Below, in pieces: positions 54,058 to 63,031 of a DNA stretch of 64,000 nt. This DNA comes from a bacterium (GTDB lineage Bacteria; UBA8248), in assembly GCA_965203325.1 (NCBI GenBank), contig OZ241875.1, forward strand, positions 2,304,001 through 2,368,000, read 5' to 3'. Positions within the stretch are counted from its first letter, which is position 1. The number at the start of each line of letters is the position of its first letter. The notes under the pieces were generated by a model. That model was not told where the DNA came from. It searched no databases and saw nothing but the letters and a program-made list of their open reading frames with translations. Position numbers and translations under genes: made by a program.

Positions 54058-55380
54058 CTAAAAATCGGACTCCAGTATCCACACGCCGGCGCCGAGGCGT
54101 TCGCTGATGTAGGCCCTGCCGTCCGCCGCCATGTAGACGTCATCCACCTGGACCTGCAGGAGTTCGTAGTCTCTCCCCCACAGGGGGCGGATGGGGTCGC
54201 GTTTGGGCGTTTCGGGCACGTAGTGGGCGACTTCCTTAGGATTCAGCGGGTCTTCGATGTCGAACACGCGAAGGCCGCCGTTGAACCACGTCATGTAGAC
54301 TTTGGTGTGGTCGATGAGGGAATCCGGGCGGTTCTCGTGGAGGTTGTGCGGGCCGGAGCGTCCGCCGCGCTCGGCGTAATCGCCCTCGGGGTGCGGGAAG
54401 GTGGAGAGCACTTTCGGGTTTTTCTCATCCGAAATGTCCATCACGCGAATTTGTTTTTTGATGTCTTCCATGTCCTCCGCCGTGCATTCATCCGACACGA
54501 TGCAGATGTTTCTGTCCAAAAGGGGCAGCACCGAATGCGTGGCCGAACTCTCCCCGGGCGGCCACTGGGTGTGGCTGATGAGGGCGGGGTTCGTGATGTC
54601 CGAGATGTCCAGGATGATGAAGCCAGAATCCCACCACGCGCCGTAGCACCTCTCGCCTACGTTCATGGACATGTGCACGCAGGCGCGTTTTTTCTTCACG
54701 CCCTCGGGCACTTCTCCTCCGAGCGGGATGTATTCGCCCTTGCGGTTTTTCTTGAAGCGGAACTGGCCCATCTGGTACCAGTCGCGCTCCTCGTCGTTCC
54801 GCATCCCCGGCATCGCCCAGCGGCCCACCTCTTTGGGGCGGGTGGGGTCTTTCAGGTCGATGATCTTCAGGAACTGATCGATATATTCATCGTCCCCGGC
54901 CGTCAGGAAGGCGTAGCGGCCGTCGCCGAACCAGAACCGGTGCACACCGCGCCCGCCCGTGTGGAAATACCCCAGCGGGCGGAGTTCGGGCAGGTTCGAG
55001 ACGTCGTAGATGTCGACCCCCGCCTTGAAGGGCTCGAAATCGGGGCCGCGTCCGCCGAACTGCTCGTTATTGACGACCATGATGTCGCCCACGATCTGGA
55101 GCTTGTTGTTGTGCGTGTTGCGCGGGGCGGGAATCTGGTTCACGAGTTTGGGTTTCCGGGGGTTCGAGGCGTCGATGACGCTCGTACCCGCACCCGACAT
55201 GCCCACGTGGCCGCAGAGAATGAAATCGTCCTTCACGAGAAGCTGCATGACGTCGCCCTTGTTGCGGCCGCCGAAATCGCAGTGGCCCAGGAGCTTGAAG
55301 CCGTTCGCTTCCTCGGGGGTCATTTCCTTGCCCGGTTTTCCGCGTCCCGGCGGAAGAGCCGGATCCGGCGTGCATTCCAT
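54058..55380 (-). CDS. LVIVD-repeat beta-propeller protein
   Basis: Repeats SVIDASNP, IYDVSN, IIDLKDP, ILDISDITNP, VMDISDEKNP, VFDIEDP; GVHR and GPHN motifs; AAGGAG RBS before ATG 55380. Confidence 0.85.
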   Translation of the reverse strand: MECTPDPALPPGRGKPGKEMTPEEANGFKLLGHCDFGGRNKGDVMQLLVKDDFILCGHVGMSGAGTSVIDASNPRKPKLVNQIPAPRNTHNNKLQIVGDIMVVNNEQFGGRGPDFEPFKAGVDIYDVSNLPELRPLGYFHTGGRGVHRFWFGDGRYAFLTAGDDEYIDQFLKIIDLKDPTRPKEVGRWAMPGMRNDEERDWYQMGQFRFKKNRKGEYIPLGGEVPEGVKKKRACVHMSMNVGERCYGAWWDSGFIILDISDITNPALISHTQWPPGESSATHSVLPLLDRNICIVSDECTAEDMEDIKKQIRVMDISDEKNPKVLSTFPHPEGDYAERGGRSGPHNLHENRPDSLIDHTKVYMTWFNGGLRVFDIEDPLNPKEVAHYVPETPKRDPIRPLWGRDYELLQVQVDDVYMAADGRAYISERLGAGVWILESDF

Positions 55381-55475
55381 ATCGGACTCCTTGTTCGATG
55401 AGATGGCGGGATTATAGCCGCACGGGGGGCGAATCGAACAGCGGCGGGCCATTTCTTTTCGCAGGCTCTTCATGT

Positions 55476-55696
55476 GGGGTTGTTGGAAAAGGCCTGATTT
55501 CTAAATTCATCGCAAGAAGCCGGACAGGGCTATCTTCCTGAAAGTGCAGCCAACCGTAGGGGCGGTTCGCGAACCGCCCCTACAGCGGGCGCGGTATTCG
55601 CTCGTCATGACGGCGTTGCATAGCCGTAGGGACAGGTCGCGACCTGTCCCTACAAAACCAGCAACTCTCCCTCGTTGGACTTCTTCAACAATCCCC
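55476..55696. mobile_element. MITE-like element with IS1182-type ends carrying two perfect GTAG palindromes
   Basis: GGGGTTGTTGGAAAAG ... CTTCTTCAACAATCCCC followed by TCAAGG; internal REPs 55556-55583 and 55626-55653. Confidence 0.6.
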
Positions 55697-55789
55697 TCAA
55701 GGAAAAGTCATTTCAAAAGCCTGTGTCGAATGAGAAATCCATTTCTGCTTGCGGGTGACTTTATCAACGGCCCCATGTAGGCTTCATTC

Positions 55790-56068
55790 ATGCCGAAATT
55801 ATCCCTGAACCGCTTGATCCACGACATCCAGCCTTTGGAGAAACGCGAGGCGTTCCTGTCGGATCCGCTCGAATTCGCGCGGGGATATGACGTCACGGAT
55901 GCGGAGCTTGCGGCGGTTCGTGATTCCGACGTGCGCGCGCTGTGGAGCTTCGGCGCGAACCCCTACCTGCTTCGGGTGCTGCAGTTTCGCGCAGGCATTT
56001 CGGATGAAGATTTCCGGGCGGCGCTGGCGGGTTTCTCCTATCCGCGCCCCGATGAGGGGGAGATATAG
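55790..56068 (+). CDS. LigA-like small subunit of extradiol dioxygenase
   Basis: LNRLIH..REAFLSDP..YDVTDAE..GANPYLL; directly upstream of LigB-like gene. Confidence 0.75.
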   Translation: MPKLSLNRLIHDIQPLEKREAFLSDPLEFARGYDVTDAELAAVRDSDVRALWSFGANPYLLRVLQFRAGISDEDFRAALAGFSYPRPDEGEI

Positions 56069-56069
56069 C

Positions 56070-56897
56070 GTGGCGGAGATCGTCGGGGCCTTCGCGGCCA
56101 GTCACACGCCTCTTTTTATTCTGAGGCACGATGCGCCCGCAGAAGACGTGAGGGAAGAGGTGTTCTCCTCTTACCGCCGGATGGCCCGAGAGATTGTCGA
56201 AAGAGGAGCCGAGGCGATGGTCCTGCTGGGAAACGATCACTTGCACGCCTTCTCCATGGACAGATACCCCGCCCTGGCTATCGGCGCGGGTCCCCGCTTC
56301 GGCCCGGTGGAGACCGAGCCTTTTCTGCCGTCTGACATATACGAGGGCGCCGAGGGGCTGGCCTCTCACATTACGCGCGGGCTGCTGGCGAACGGCTACG
56401 ACCCCTTGTTGTGCAGGGAACTCGCGCTCGATCATTCCTTCGTATCGCCCCTGGCGCTCATGGGCGATACGGGTCTGCCCATCGTGCCGATCCTGCAAAA
56501 TACGGTGGCCCCGCCCCTGCCGCCCGCCGCGCGCTCATACGAACTCGGCCTCTCGCTGAGGCGATTGCTGGAGGATTATGCCGGCTGCGAGCGCGTGGCC
56601 GTCGTGGCGACGGGCGCGCCCTCGCACTGGATCGGGACTCCCGAGCAGGGTGATATCGACGAGGCGTGGGACCGCGAGGTCATCGAGGTGCTATGCCGCG
56701 CCGACGCGAAGGGCCTCGCCGCGTGGCCGCAGGCCAAAATTGATGAGGGCGGAAACGGGGGCAACGAGATCAGGACCTGGATTTCCGCCGCGGCTCTCAG
56801 CGGAGACACCGAGGCGAATCTGTGGACTTACCGGATAGAGCCCCTGTGGTTTCTGGGGGTGACGGTCATCGAGTGGCCCGTCGGCCCGGCCCTCTAG
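56070..56897 (+). CDS. LigB-family (class III) extradiol ring-cleavage dioxygenase
   Basis: AASHTP, NDHLH, LDHS..PL, TGAPSHW, GGNEIRTW. Confidence 0.88.
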   Translation: MAEIVGAFAASHTPLFILRHDAPAEDVREEVFSSYRRMAREIVERGAEAMVLLGNDHLHAFSMDRYPALAIGAGPRFGPVETEPFLPSDIYEGAEGLASHITRGLLANGYDPLLCRELALDHSFVSPLALMGDTGLPIVPILQNTVAPPLPPAARSYELGLSLRRLLEDYAGCERVAVVATGAPSHWIGTPEQGDIDEAWDREVIEVLCRADAKGLAAWPQAKIDEGGNGGNEIRTWISAAALSGDTEANLWTYRIEPLWFLGVTVIEWPVGPAL

Positions 56898-56921
56898 AAG
56901 AAACCCTGGGAGGATGTAGGT

Positions 56922-57911
56922 ATGCCGAAAGCCGTTTTATTCGACGAATTGGGCGGTGCGGACGTGCTCCGCGTGGCGGAGGTCCCCGACCTCGAGGCGG
57001 GGGAGGGCGAGGTGCGCATCGAGGTCGAAGCGCTCGGGATCAACCGGGCGGAGATCATGTTCCGCGAGGGCGTCTACCACGTACAGCCGGAGTTCCCCTC
57101 CCGAATCGGCTATGAAGCGGCCGGGACGATTGACGCGGTAGGCCCCGGCGTGGAGGGCCTCGCGGTCGGGGATCGCGTGAGCACGATCCCGTGTTTCTCG
57201 ATGATAGAGCACGGGGTGTGCGGTGAGCAGGCGGTCGTGCCGGCGTTCGCCGCGGCCCGCTACCCGGATAGCCTCACGCCGGTCAAGGCTGCGGCCGTCT
57301 GGATGCAGTACATGACCGCGTACGGAGCGATCGTCGAATACGGGCGGGTGAAAAAAGGCGACAACGTCCTGATCACCGCGGCGAGCAGCAGTGTCGGCAT
57401 CGCGGCGATCCAGATTGTGAGATCGCTGGGTGCGCGGCCCATCGCCGCTACGCGCGGAGCGGGGAAGAAGGATTTTCTCCTGAACATCGGCGCTGCTCGC
57501 GTCGTCGTGACGGACGAGGAGGATTTGGCGGAGTCGGTGCTGGAGATTACGGACGGCGCGGGTGCGAACGTCATCTTCGACCCCGTCGTCGGGTCTTATC
57601 TCGCGAAGCTCGCCGAGGCGGCCGCCTACCACGGCATGATTTTCTGTTACGGCCACCTCTCGCCCGATGATTCGGTGATCCCCCTCTACCCGGCCATCCG
57701 GAAAGGCCTGACCTTCCGGGGCTACACGATCATGGAAATCTCCAGAGACCCAGGGTTGAGAGAGGAAGCGAAAAGGTTCATCTATGACGGCCTGGAATCG
57801 GGCGCGTTCAAGCCCGTCATCGCCAGGACGTTCCCGCTCGACGACATCGTGGGGGCGTACGAATACATGGAATCGAACGAGCAGATGGGTAAAATCGTCG
57901 TCGAGGTGTAG
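56922..57911 (+). CDS. Zn-independent MDR / quinone oxidoreductase-like protein (copy 1)
   Basis: GINRAE, GYEAAG, TAASSSVG, ESNEQMGKIVV. Confidence 0.9.
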   Translation: MPKAVLFDELGGADVLRVAEVPDLEAGEGEVRIEVEALGINRAEIMFREGVYHVQPEFPSRIGYEAAGTIDAVGPGVEGLAVGDRVSTIPCFSMIEHGVCGEQAVVPAFAAARYPDSLTPVKAAAVWMQYMTAYGAIVEYGRVKKGDNVLITAASSSVGIAAIQIVRSLGARPIAATRGAGKKDFLLNIGAARVVVTDEEDLAESVLEITDGAGANVIFDPVVGSYLAKLAEAAAYHGMIFCYGHLSPDDSVIPLYPAIRKGLTFRGYTIMEISRDPGLREEAKRFIYDGLESGAFKPVIARTFPLDDIVGAYEYMESNEQMGKIVVEV

Positions 57912-57937
57912 GCGGGTCTGTATGAGCGGATGTGGCC

Positions 57938-58156
57938 AGGGCTTGTTGAAAAAGTCTCTCTCCTCAGGGGATATAGGCAACCCCCCCTACCCCCCCTTGA
58001 CAGGGGGGTATGAAAAGGCGACGCCCGCCACCGGTAGAGGGGTTTTTGTTTTTTCTTGCCCCCCTGTCAAGGGGGGGTAGGGGGGGTTGGTTTTCAAGGC
58101 GAGAGCCTGCGCCTCCGCCCGGTTTCGGGTTTTGGCCGGAATGACGGCGGTGGTGA
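57938..58156. repeat. MITE-like remnant with long inverted repeat and a partial CGTC repeat
   Basis: AGGGCTTGTTGAAAAAG at 57938; arms 57981-58008 and 58059-58086; CCGGAATGACGGCGGTGG near 58136. Confidence 0.7.
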
Positions 58157-58221
58157 ATTCCGGGCAGGAATGTTCTGCAAGGGTTCGTTCCAATTCATAG
58201 ACAAGGATGGAGGATGAGGGA

Positions 58222-59211
58222 ATGCCGAAAGCGGTTTTGTTCGACGAGTTGGGCGGCGCGGACGTGCTCCGCGTGGCGGAAGTTCCTGATCTGGAGCCGG
58301 GTGAGGGCGAGGTGCGGGTCGCCGTGGAGACGATGGGGCTCAACCGGGCGGAGATTCTCTTCCGGGAGGGCCGCTACCACGACAAGCCGGTGTTCCCCTC
58401 CCGCATCGGTTACGAGGCCTGCGGGGCGATAGACGCCGTGGGGCCTGGCGTGGAGGGCCTCGCGGTCGGCGATCGCGTAAGCACGATTCCCTGCTTCTCG
58501 ATGGTGGAGCACGGCGTGTGCGGCGAGCAGGCGGTCGTGCCGGCGTTCGCCGCCGCCCGCTATCCCGATAACCTCTCGCCCGCCGAGGGCGCTTCCATCT
58601 GGATGCCGTATTTCACCGCATACGGCGCGCTCATCGAATTCGGGGGCGTGAAGGAGGGAGACACCGTCCTGCTCACGGCGGCGAGCAGCAGCGTCGGCGT
58701 CGCGGCTGTTCAGATTGCGAAATCAGTGGGCGCGCGGGTCATCGCCACGACGCGCGGGGCGGGCAAGAAGGATTTCATCCTCGGTACGGGCGCGGACCAC
58801 GTCGTCGTGACGGACGATGAGGATCTGGCCGGGCGGGTGATGGATATCACGGACGGCGCGGGCGCCGACGTCGTCTTCGACCCCGTCGTCGGGTCGACGC
58901 TGCCGAAACTCGCCGACGCGACCGCGTACCAGGGCTCGATTTTCCTCTATGGCCGCCTCTCGCCCGAGGCTGCGGAGATACCCCTGTTCCCGGCTCTCCG
59001 GAAAGGGCTGACCTTCCGGTGCTATACGATCATGGAGATCACGAAGTTCCCTGAAAAAAGGGAGCGGGGGAAGAAATTCATCTACGAGGGCCTCGAATCA
59101 GGCGCGCTCAGGCCTATCGTCGCCAGGACGTTCCCGCTCGACGACATGGTAGAGGCGCACAAGTACATGGAGTCGAACCAGCAGATGGGCAAAATCGTCG
59201 TCGAGACGTAA
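58222..59211 (+). CDS. Zn-independent MDR / quinone oxidoreductase-like protein (copy 2)
   Basis: Close tandem paralog of 56922..57911 with identical N-terminal MPKAVLFDELGGADVLRVAEVPDLE. Confidence 0.9.
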   Translation: MPKAVLFDELGGADVLRVAEVPDLEPGEGEVRVAVETMGLNRAEILFREGRYHDKPVFPSRIGYEACGAIDAVGPGVEGLAVGDRVSTIPCFSMVEHGVCGEQAVVPAFAAARYPDNLSPAEGASIWMPYFTAYGALIEFGGVKEGDTVLLTAASSSVGVAAVQIAKSVGARVIATTRGAGKKDFILGTGADHVVVTDDEDLAGRVMDITDGAGADVVFDPVVGSTLPKLADATAYQGSIFLYGRLSPEAAEIPLFPALRKGLTFRCYTIMEITKFPEKRERGKKFIYEGLESGALRPIVARTFPLDDMVEAHKYMESNQQMGKIVVET

Positions 59212-59374
59212 GCCGCGGGCCCTTGAAAAACCCCGCGCCGGGGGCATCGTTTTACCCCCCTCGTCAGGAGGGCTTTCTTTTTTCTCCCTCGTCGGTCGGT
59301 TTTGATCTCCCACCGGCGCGGCTGCGGACTTCGCCCTGAAACTGCATTTCTAACCGATGAGAGAGAAGAGAACC

Positions 59375-59512
59375 ACTCCCCCCTTGAGGGGGAGTCGCAG
59401 AAGCCGAGCGTTTTGTGCGAAGGCTGATGCGGTGGGGGGACATGCCACAGAAAAAACTCCCCCCACCGATTCGCTTGCGGGCTTGCGCCCTTAGCTCATC
59501 GACTCCCCCTCA
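59375..59512. repeat. Palindromic repeat element whose right arm is interrupted by the IS
   Basis: ACTCCCCCCTTGAGGGGGAGTC left arm; GACTCCCCCTCA right arm continues at 61037 as CTCAAGGGGGGAGT. Confidence 0.75.
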
Positions 59513-61036
59513 AGGGCCTGTTGAAAAACCCCTGGTTTTGTGATCGTATGGAGTTATCCCGACTCGCCCGAGATGGGAGTTCCCTCGATGCTGGATCGCA
59601 AGAGGCGCGAGCAGATGGACTTGTTCGTGGCCGGCCCGCTGGAGAAGTTGATTCCCGAAGATCACATATTGCGGCAGGTGGACCGCGTACTGGATTTGAG
59701 CTGGCTTCGCGAGGAAGTGGCGGAGTGCTATTGCGCGGACAATGGCCGTCCGGGCCTGGACCCCGAAGTGGTGGTTCGGTTGATGCTGGCGGGCCTGCTG
59801 CTGGGCTACGCCCACGACCGGCGTCTGTTGCGCGAGGCGCAGGCGCACCTGGCGATCCGGTGGTTCATCGGGTACAGGCTGGACGAGGAGTTGCCGGACC
59901 ATTCGAGCCTGACGCGGATTCGCCAGCGCTGGGGGGAGGAGCGCTTCAAGGAGGTATTGCGCCGCACGGTTCAGGCTTGCGTGGAGGCGAAGGTGGCGAC
60001 GGGAGAGGTGGTTCACATGGACGCCTCTTTGATACGTGCGGACGTGAGCTGGGAGAGTCTGGCGGAGCGCCACGCGGAGAAGGTGGTGCGGGAGAACGAT
60101 TCGGAGGATGAGACGGAGAAGAAGGGCAAAGGCCGGGGCGGGGGTTCGGGGTCTGTGAGCCGAACGGACCCGGACGCTCGCCTGGCGCGCAAGAGCGCTC
60201 GGGCGGGGTTCGAGCCGAGCTACAAGCACCACGCGGTGGTGGACGATGAGCGGGGCGTTGTCCTCGACGTTGCGGTGACGGAGGGGACGTTGAACGAGCG
60301 GGAGATGATGGAGCCGCAGTTGGATGCGGTTTGCGAGCTCACGGGGCGCGCGCCCGGGGTGGTGACGGCGGATTCGGGCTATGCGTACTCGAAGGTGTAC
60401 GGCGCATTGGAGCGTCGGGGGGTGGACGCGGTGATACCGGCGAAGAAGGAGCCTTCCCAGAGCCGGGTGCCGTTGCAGCTGTTCCGCTACGATGAGCGTC
60501 ACAAGGTGGTGAAGTGTCCGGGGGGCAAGACGCTGCGCCCCCGGAAGGAGACGGAGCGGGGTCGCTACTATGTATCGAGGACGCGCGATTGCGCGGGCTG
60601 CGCGCTCAAGGCCGATTGTCTGTCGAAGTCCCGCACGAGCAGGACGGTGCTGGTTCCGCATGAGTATCCGGCGCTGTTACGCGCGCGCCGTCGCCACACG
60701 CGCCGTGGGGAGGAGGAGGGTCGGCTGTGGCGCCGGCACATGGGTCGCTCGGAGGGCTATCACGGCGAGGCGAAGAGTTGGCACGGCCTGGCGCGGGCGG
60801 TGCGCCGGGGTCTTGCGAACATAAGGATCCAGGCCTACCTGACGGCGACTGCGGTGAACCTCAAGCGGCTCGCCGCCGCTGTTGCGGCGCGTTTATTCGC
60901 TCTGTGGAGGGCCTGCGCCGCCTTGAGACGCCGAATGCGCGTTCCTGGCGGCCTCACGCACCTCGCGGGCTTCCTCTCCGCCGCTGCGTGAGACGCCATA
61001 CCTCCCGCTTCAAAACGGGGTTTTTCAACAGCCCCT
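59513..61036 (+). mobile_element. IS1182-family insertion sequence, 1524 bp, 20-bp TIRs, 4-bp target duplication CTCA
   Basis: AGGGCCTGTTGAAAAACCCC (59513-59532) vs GGGGTTTTTCAACAGCCCCT (61017-61036), 19/20 match; CTCA at 59509-59512 and 61037-61040. Confidence 0.9.
59588..60991 (+). CDS. IS1182-family DDE transposase
   Basis: LIPEDH..GRPGLDP..PDHSSL, MDAS, TDPDA, ADSGY, C..C..K..C, E..GEAK..HGL..NLKRL. Confidence 0.92.
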   Translation: MLDRKRREQMDLFVAGPLEKLIPEDHILRQVDRVLDLSWLREEVAECYCADNGRPGLDPEVVVRLMLAGLLLGYAHDRRLLREAQAHLAIRWFIGYRLDEELPDHSSLTRIRQRWGEERFKEVLRRTVQACVEAKVATGEVVHMDASLIRADVSWESLAERHAEKVVRENDSEDETEKKGKGRGGGSGSVSRTDPDARLARKSARAGFEPSYKHHAVVDDERGVVLDVAVTEGTLNEREMMEPQLDAVCELTGRAPGVVTADSGYAYSKVYGALERRGVDAVIPAKKEPSQSRVPLQLFRYDERHKVVKCPGGKTLRPRKETERGRYYVSRTRDCAGCALKADCLSKSRTSRTVLVPHEYPALLRARRRHTRRGEEEGRLWRRHMGRSEGYHGEAKSWHGLARAVRRGLANIRIQAYLTATAVNLKRLAAAVAARLFALWRACAALRRRMRVPGGLTHLAGFLSAAA

Positions 61037-61183
61037 CTCAAGGGGGGAGTTGATTTGAAATTCTCGCCGGTCGGTTACTTACGACAAATCCAGAGTTCCG
61101 GGCTTTTTCAACAACCCCCTCAAGGGGGGGGTGAAATCCGATATGCTCCTTCTGTAGGCTTTTTCAACGCGCGCCGCGCCGGT

Positions 61184-62839
61184 CTAGCCGAACGGGCGGG
61201 CGTGGGAGTAGCCCATCTCCTCGCTCGTGATGAACTCGAGCAGCGCGGGCGTACCTTCTTCGGTCTTTCTTCTGGCTTCGAGGAAGGCCGCGCCGACTTC
61301 CGCCGGGTTCTCCACGCGCTTCGCCCAGCCGCCCAGCGCTCTGGCGATGTCGGCGTATTCGCCGCCCACGTCGCGCGTGCCGTATTTTTCGTGGGAGAGC
61401 GCCATGTGGTTGGTCTCCACCGCCATGGTGGAGTTCTTGAGCACCACCGTGCAGATGGGCAGGTTCTCGCGCACGGCGGTCTCGAAATCGAGCCCCGTCA
61501 TGCCGAACGCCGCATCGCCCATGAAGTTCACGCAGAATTTATCGGGCGCGGCGAGTTTCGCGCCCATCGCGAGGCCGAGCCCCGTGCCGAGCTGGTGCGA
61601 TTTCCCCCAGCCGAGATAAGACCTGGGCGTGTCGCAAAGGTACATGGGCAGCATCTCGTACCGCGGGTTTCCCGAATCGTGGGTGGCGATGGCCTCCGCC
61701 GCAGGGACGTTCCGCATCAGCTCCCCGATGACGCGGTAGGGGTTGATGGGTTTTTCATCCGAAGTGAGCTTGGGCGCCCATTCGTCCAGCCATGCCTTCC
61801 TCGCGTCCGCCACCTGCGCCTGCACCCCCTCGCGCCCGCTTCTGTCCACGCTCTTCATCCGCTCGGCGCAGCAGTCGATGAACTGGCGCAGCACGAGCTT
61901 CGCATCTCCGAGCACGGGGTGGTCGGCGGCGTAATTCTTGTTGATGTCGACCGGATCGTTCGTCGCGTGGATGATGGTCTTGCCGCCGGGGACGCGCGTG
62001 GCGAGGCCGTGGTCGGTGAGGCTCGTGCCGACGGCGAAGACTAGACCTGCGTCTCTTAAGAAATGATAGGCGGGGCCGCTCATGACGCTCGAGCCGACGC
62101 CCAAGGCGAGGGGATGGTTCGCTTCCGAGATCGCGCTCTTGCCCTCCATGGTGGTCAGGACGGGAATCTGGAGGAGTTCCGCCAGTTCTCGCAACTCATC
62201 GGTCGCCTCCGCGTAGAGAACGCCCGCGCCCGCGAGTATTACCGGACTTTCTGCTGCCAGCAGCGCTTCTGCGGCGCTCTCCACGTCCTTCGGGTCCGCC
62301 TGGGCGCGCGTTCGCTTCACGGGCGTGTAGCCCGCGAGCATATCCTCACTGACTTCCGCCCCCGCCACGTCTTCGGGCAACTCCACGAGCACGGGGCCGG
62401 GGCGTCCGTTCCGCATCGCGTGAAAGGCGCGGCGCATGGCGTCCGCCGCCCGTTCGGGCACGTTTATCTGCTCGGCCGATTTCGTCACCGAGGCGTAGGA
62501 GTCGACGGAACTGAACATGGGGAACACGCGGTCGCGCCCCCTGGCGTGGCCGAGAGGGAGCAGCAGCATGGGCGTGGAATCCGAATATGCGGTCGAGATG
62601 CCCGGAAAGGCGTTTTCCGCCCCCGGCCCGTACTGCATGGTGAAAACAGAAGGTGCTGCGCCGTTGGTGACGCGGGCGAAGCCGTCCGCGATGCCCACCC
62701 CCACGCGCTCCTGGCGGCAGACGATGGGCCGGATGCCGATAGCGGCGGCCGCTTCGATCTGGACGGTGGTGGGATAACACTTTAAGTGCCTCACCCCTTC
62801 GCGCTTCAGGATTCCGGCAATGACGTCGACGACGCGCAT
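61184..62839 (-). CDS. ThDP-dependent enzyme (ALS-like family)
   Basis: RQERVGVGIADG, QYGPGAEN, GDAAFGM...LKN. Confidence 0.9.
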   Translation of the reverse strand: MRVVDVIAGILKREGVRHLKCYPTTVQIEAAAAIGIRPIVCRQERVGVGIADGFARVTNGAAPSVFTMQYGPGAENAFPGISTAYSDSTPMLLLPLGHARGRDRVFPMFSSVDSYASVTKSAEQINVPERAADAMRRAFHAMRNGRPGPVLVELPEDVAGAEVSEDMLAGYTPVKRTRAQADPKDVESAAEALLAAESPVILAGAGVLYAEATDELRELAELLQIPVLTTMEGKSAISEANHPLALGVGSSVMSGPAYHFLRDAGLVFAVGTSLTDHGLATRVPGGKTIIHATNDPVDINKNYAADHPVLGDAKLVLRQFIDCCAERMKSVDRSGREGVQAQVADARKAWLDEWAPKLTSDEKPINPYRVIGELMRNVPAAEAIATHDSGNPRYEMLPMYLCDTPRSYLGWGKSHQLGTGLGLAMGAKLAAPDKFCVNFMGDAAFGMTGLDFETAVRENLPICTVVLKNSTMAVETNHMALSHEKYGTRDVGGEYADIARALGGWAKRVENPAEVGAAFLEARRKTEEGTPALLEFITSEEMGYSHARPFG

Positions 62840-63031
62840 GTGGCTTCTCCTATCGGTTCGGTGGATGTGCTTTTCGCGATGGAGGGAGTTTCTCACAAGT
62901 TTCGGTGTAAGGAAATTTCCGCGCACGGGAGCGCGCTCGGGCGCTTTTCGCTACAATGCGCGACCATCTTGAGAGAATTCATGGGGCGGGAGGCGTCGCT
63001 CCCGCATCTTTTCAGAAAAGGAAGCCCGGCC

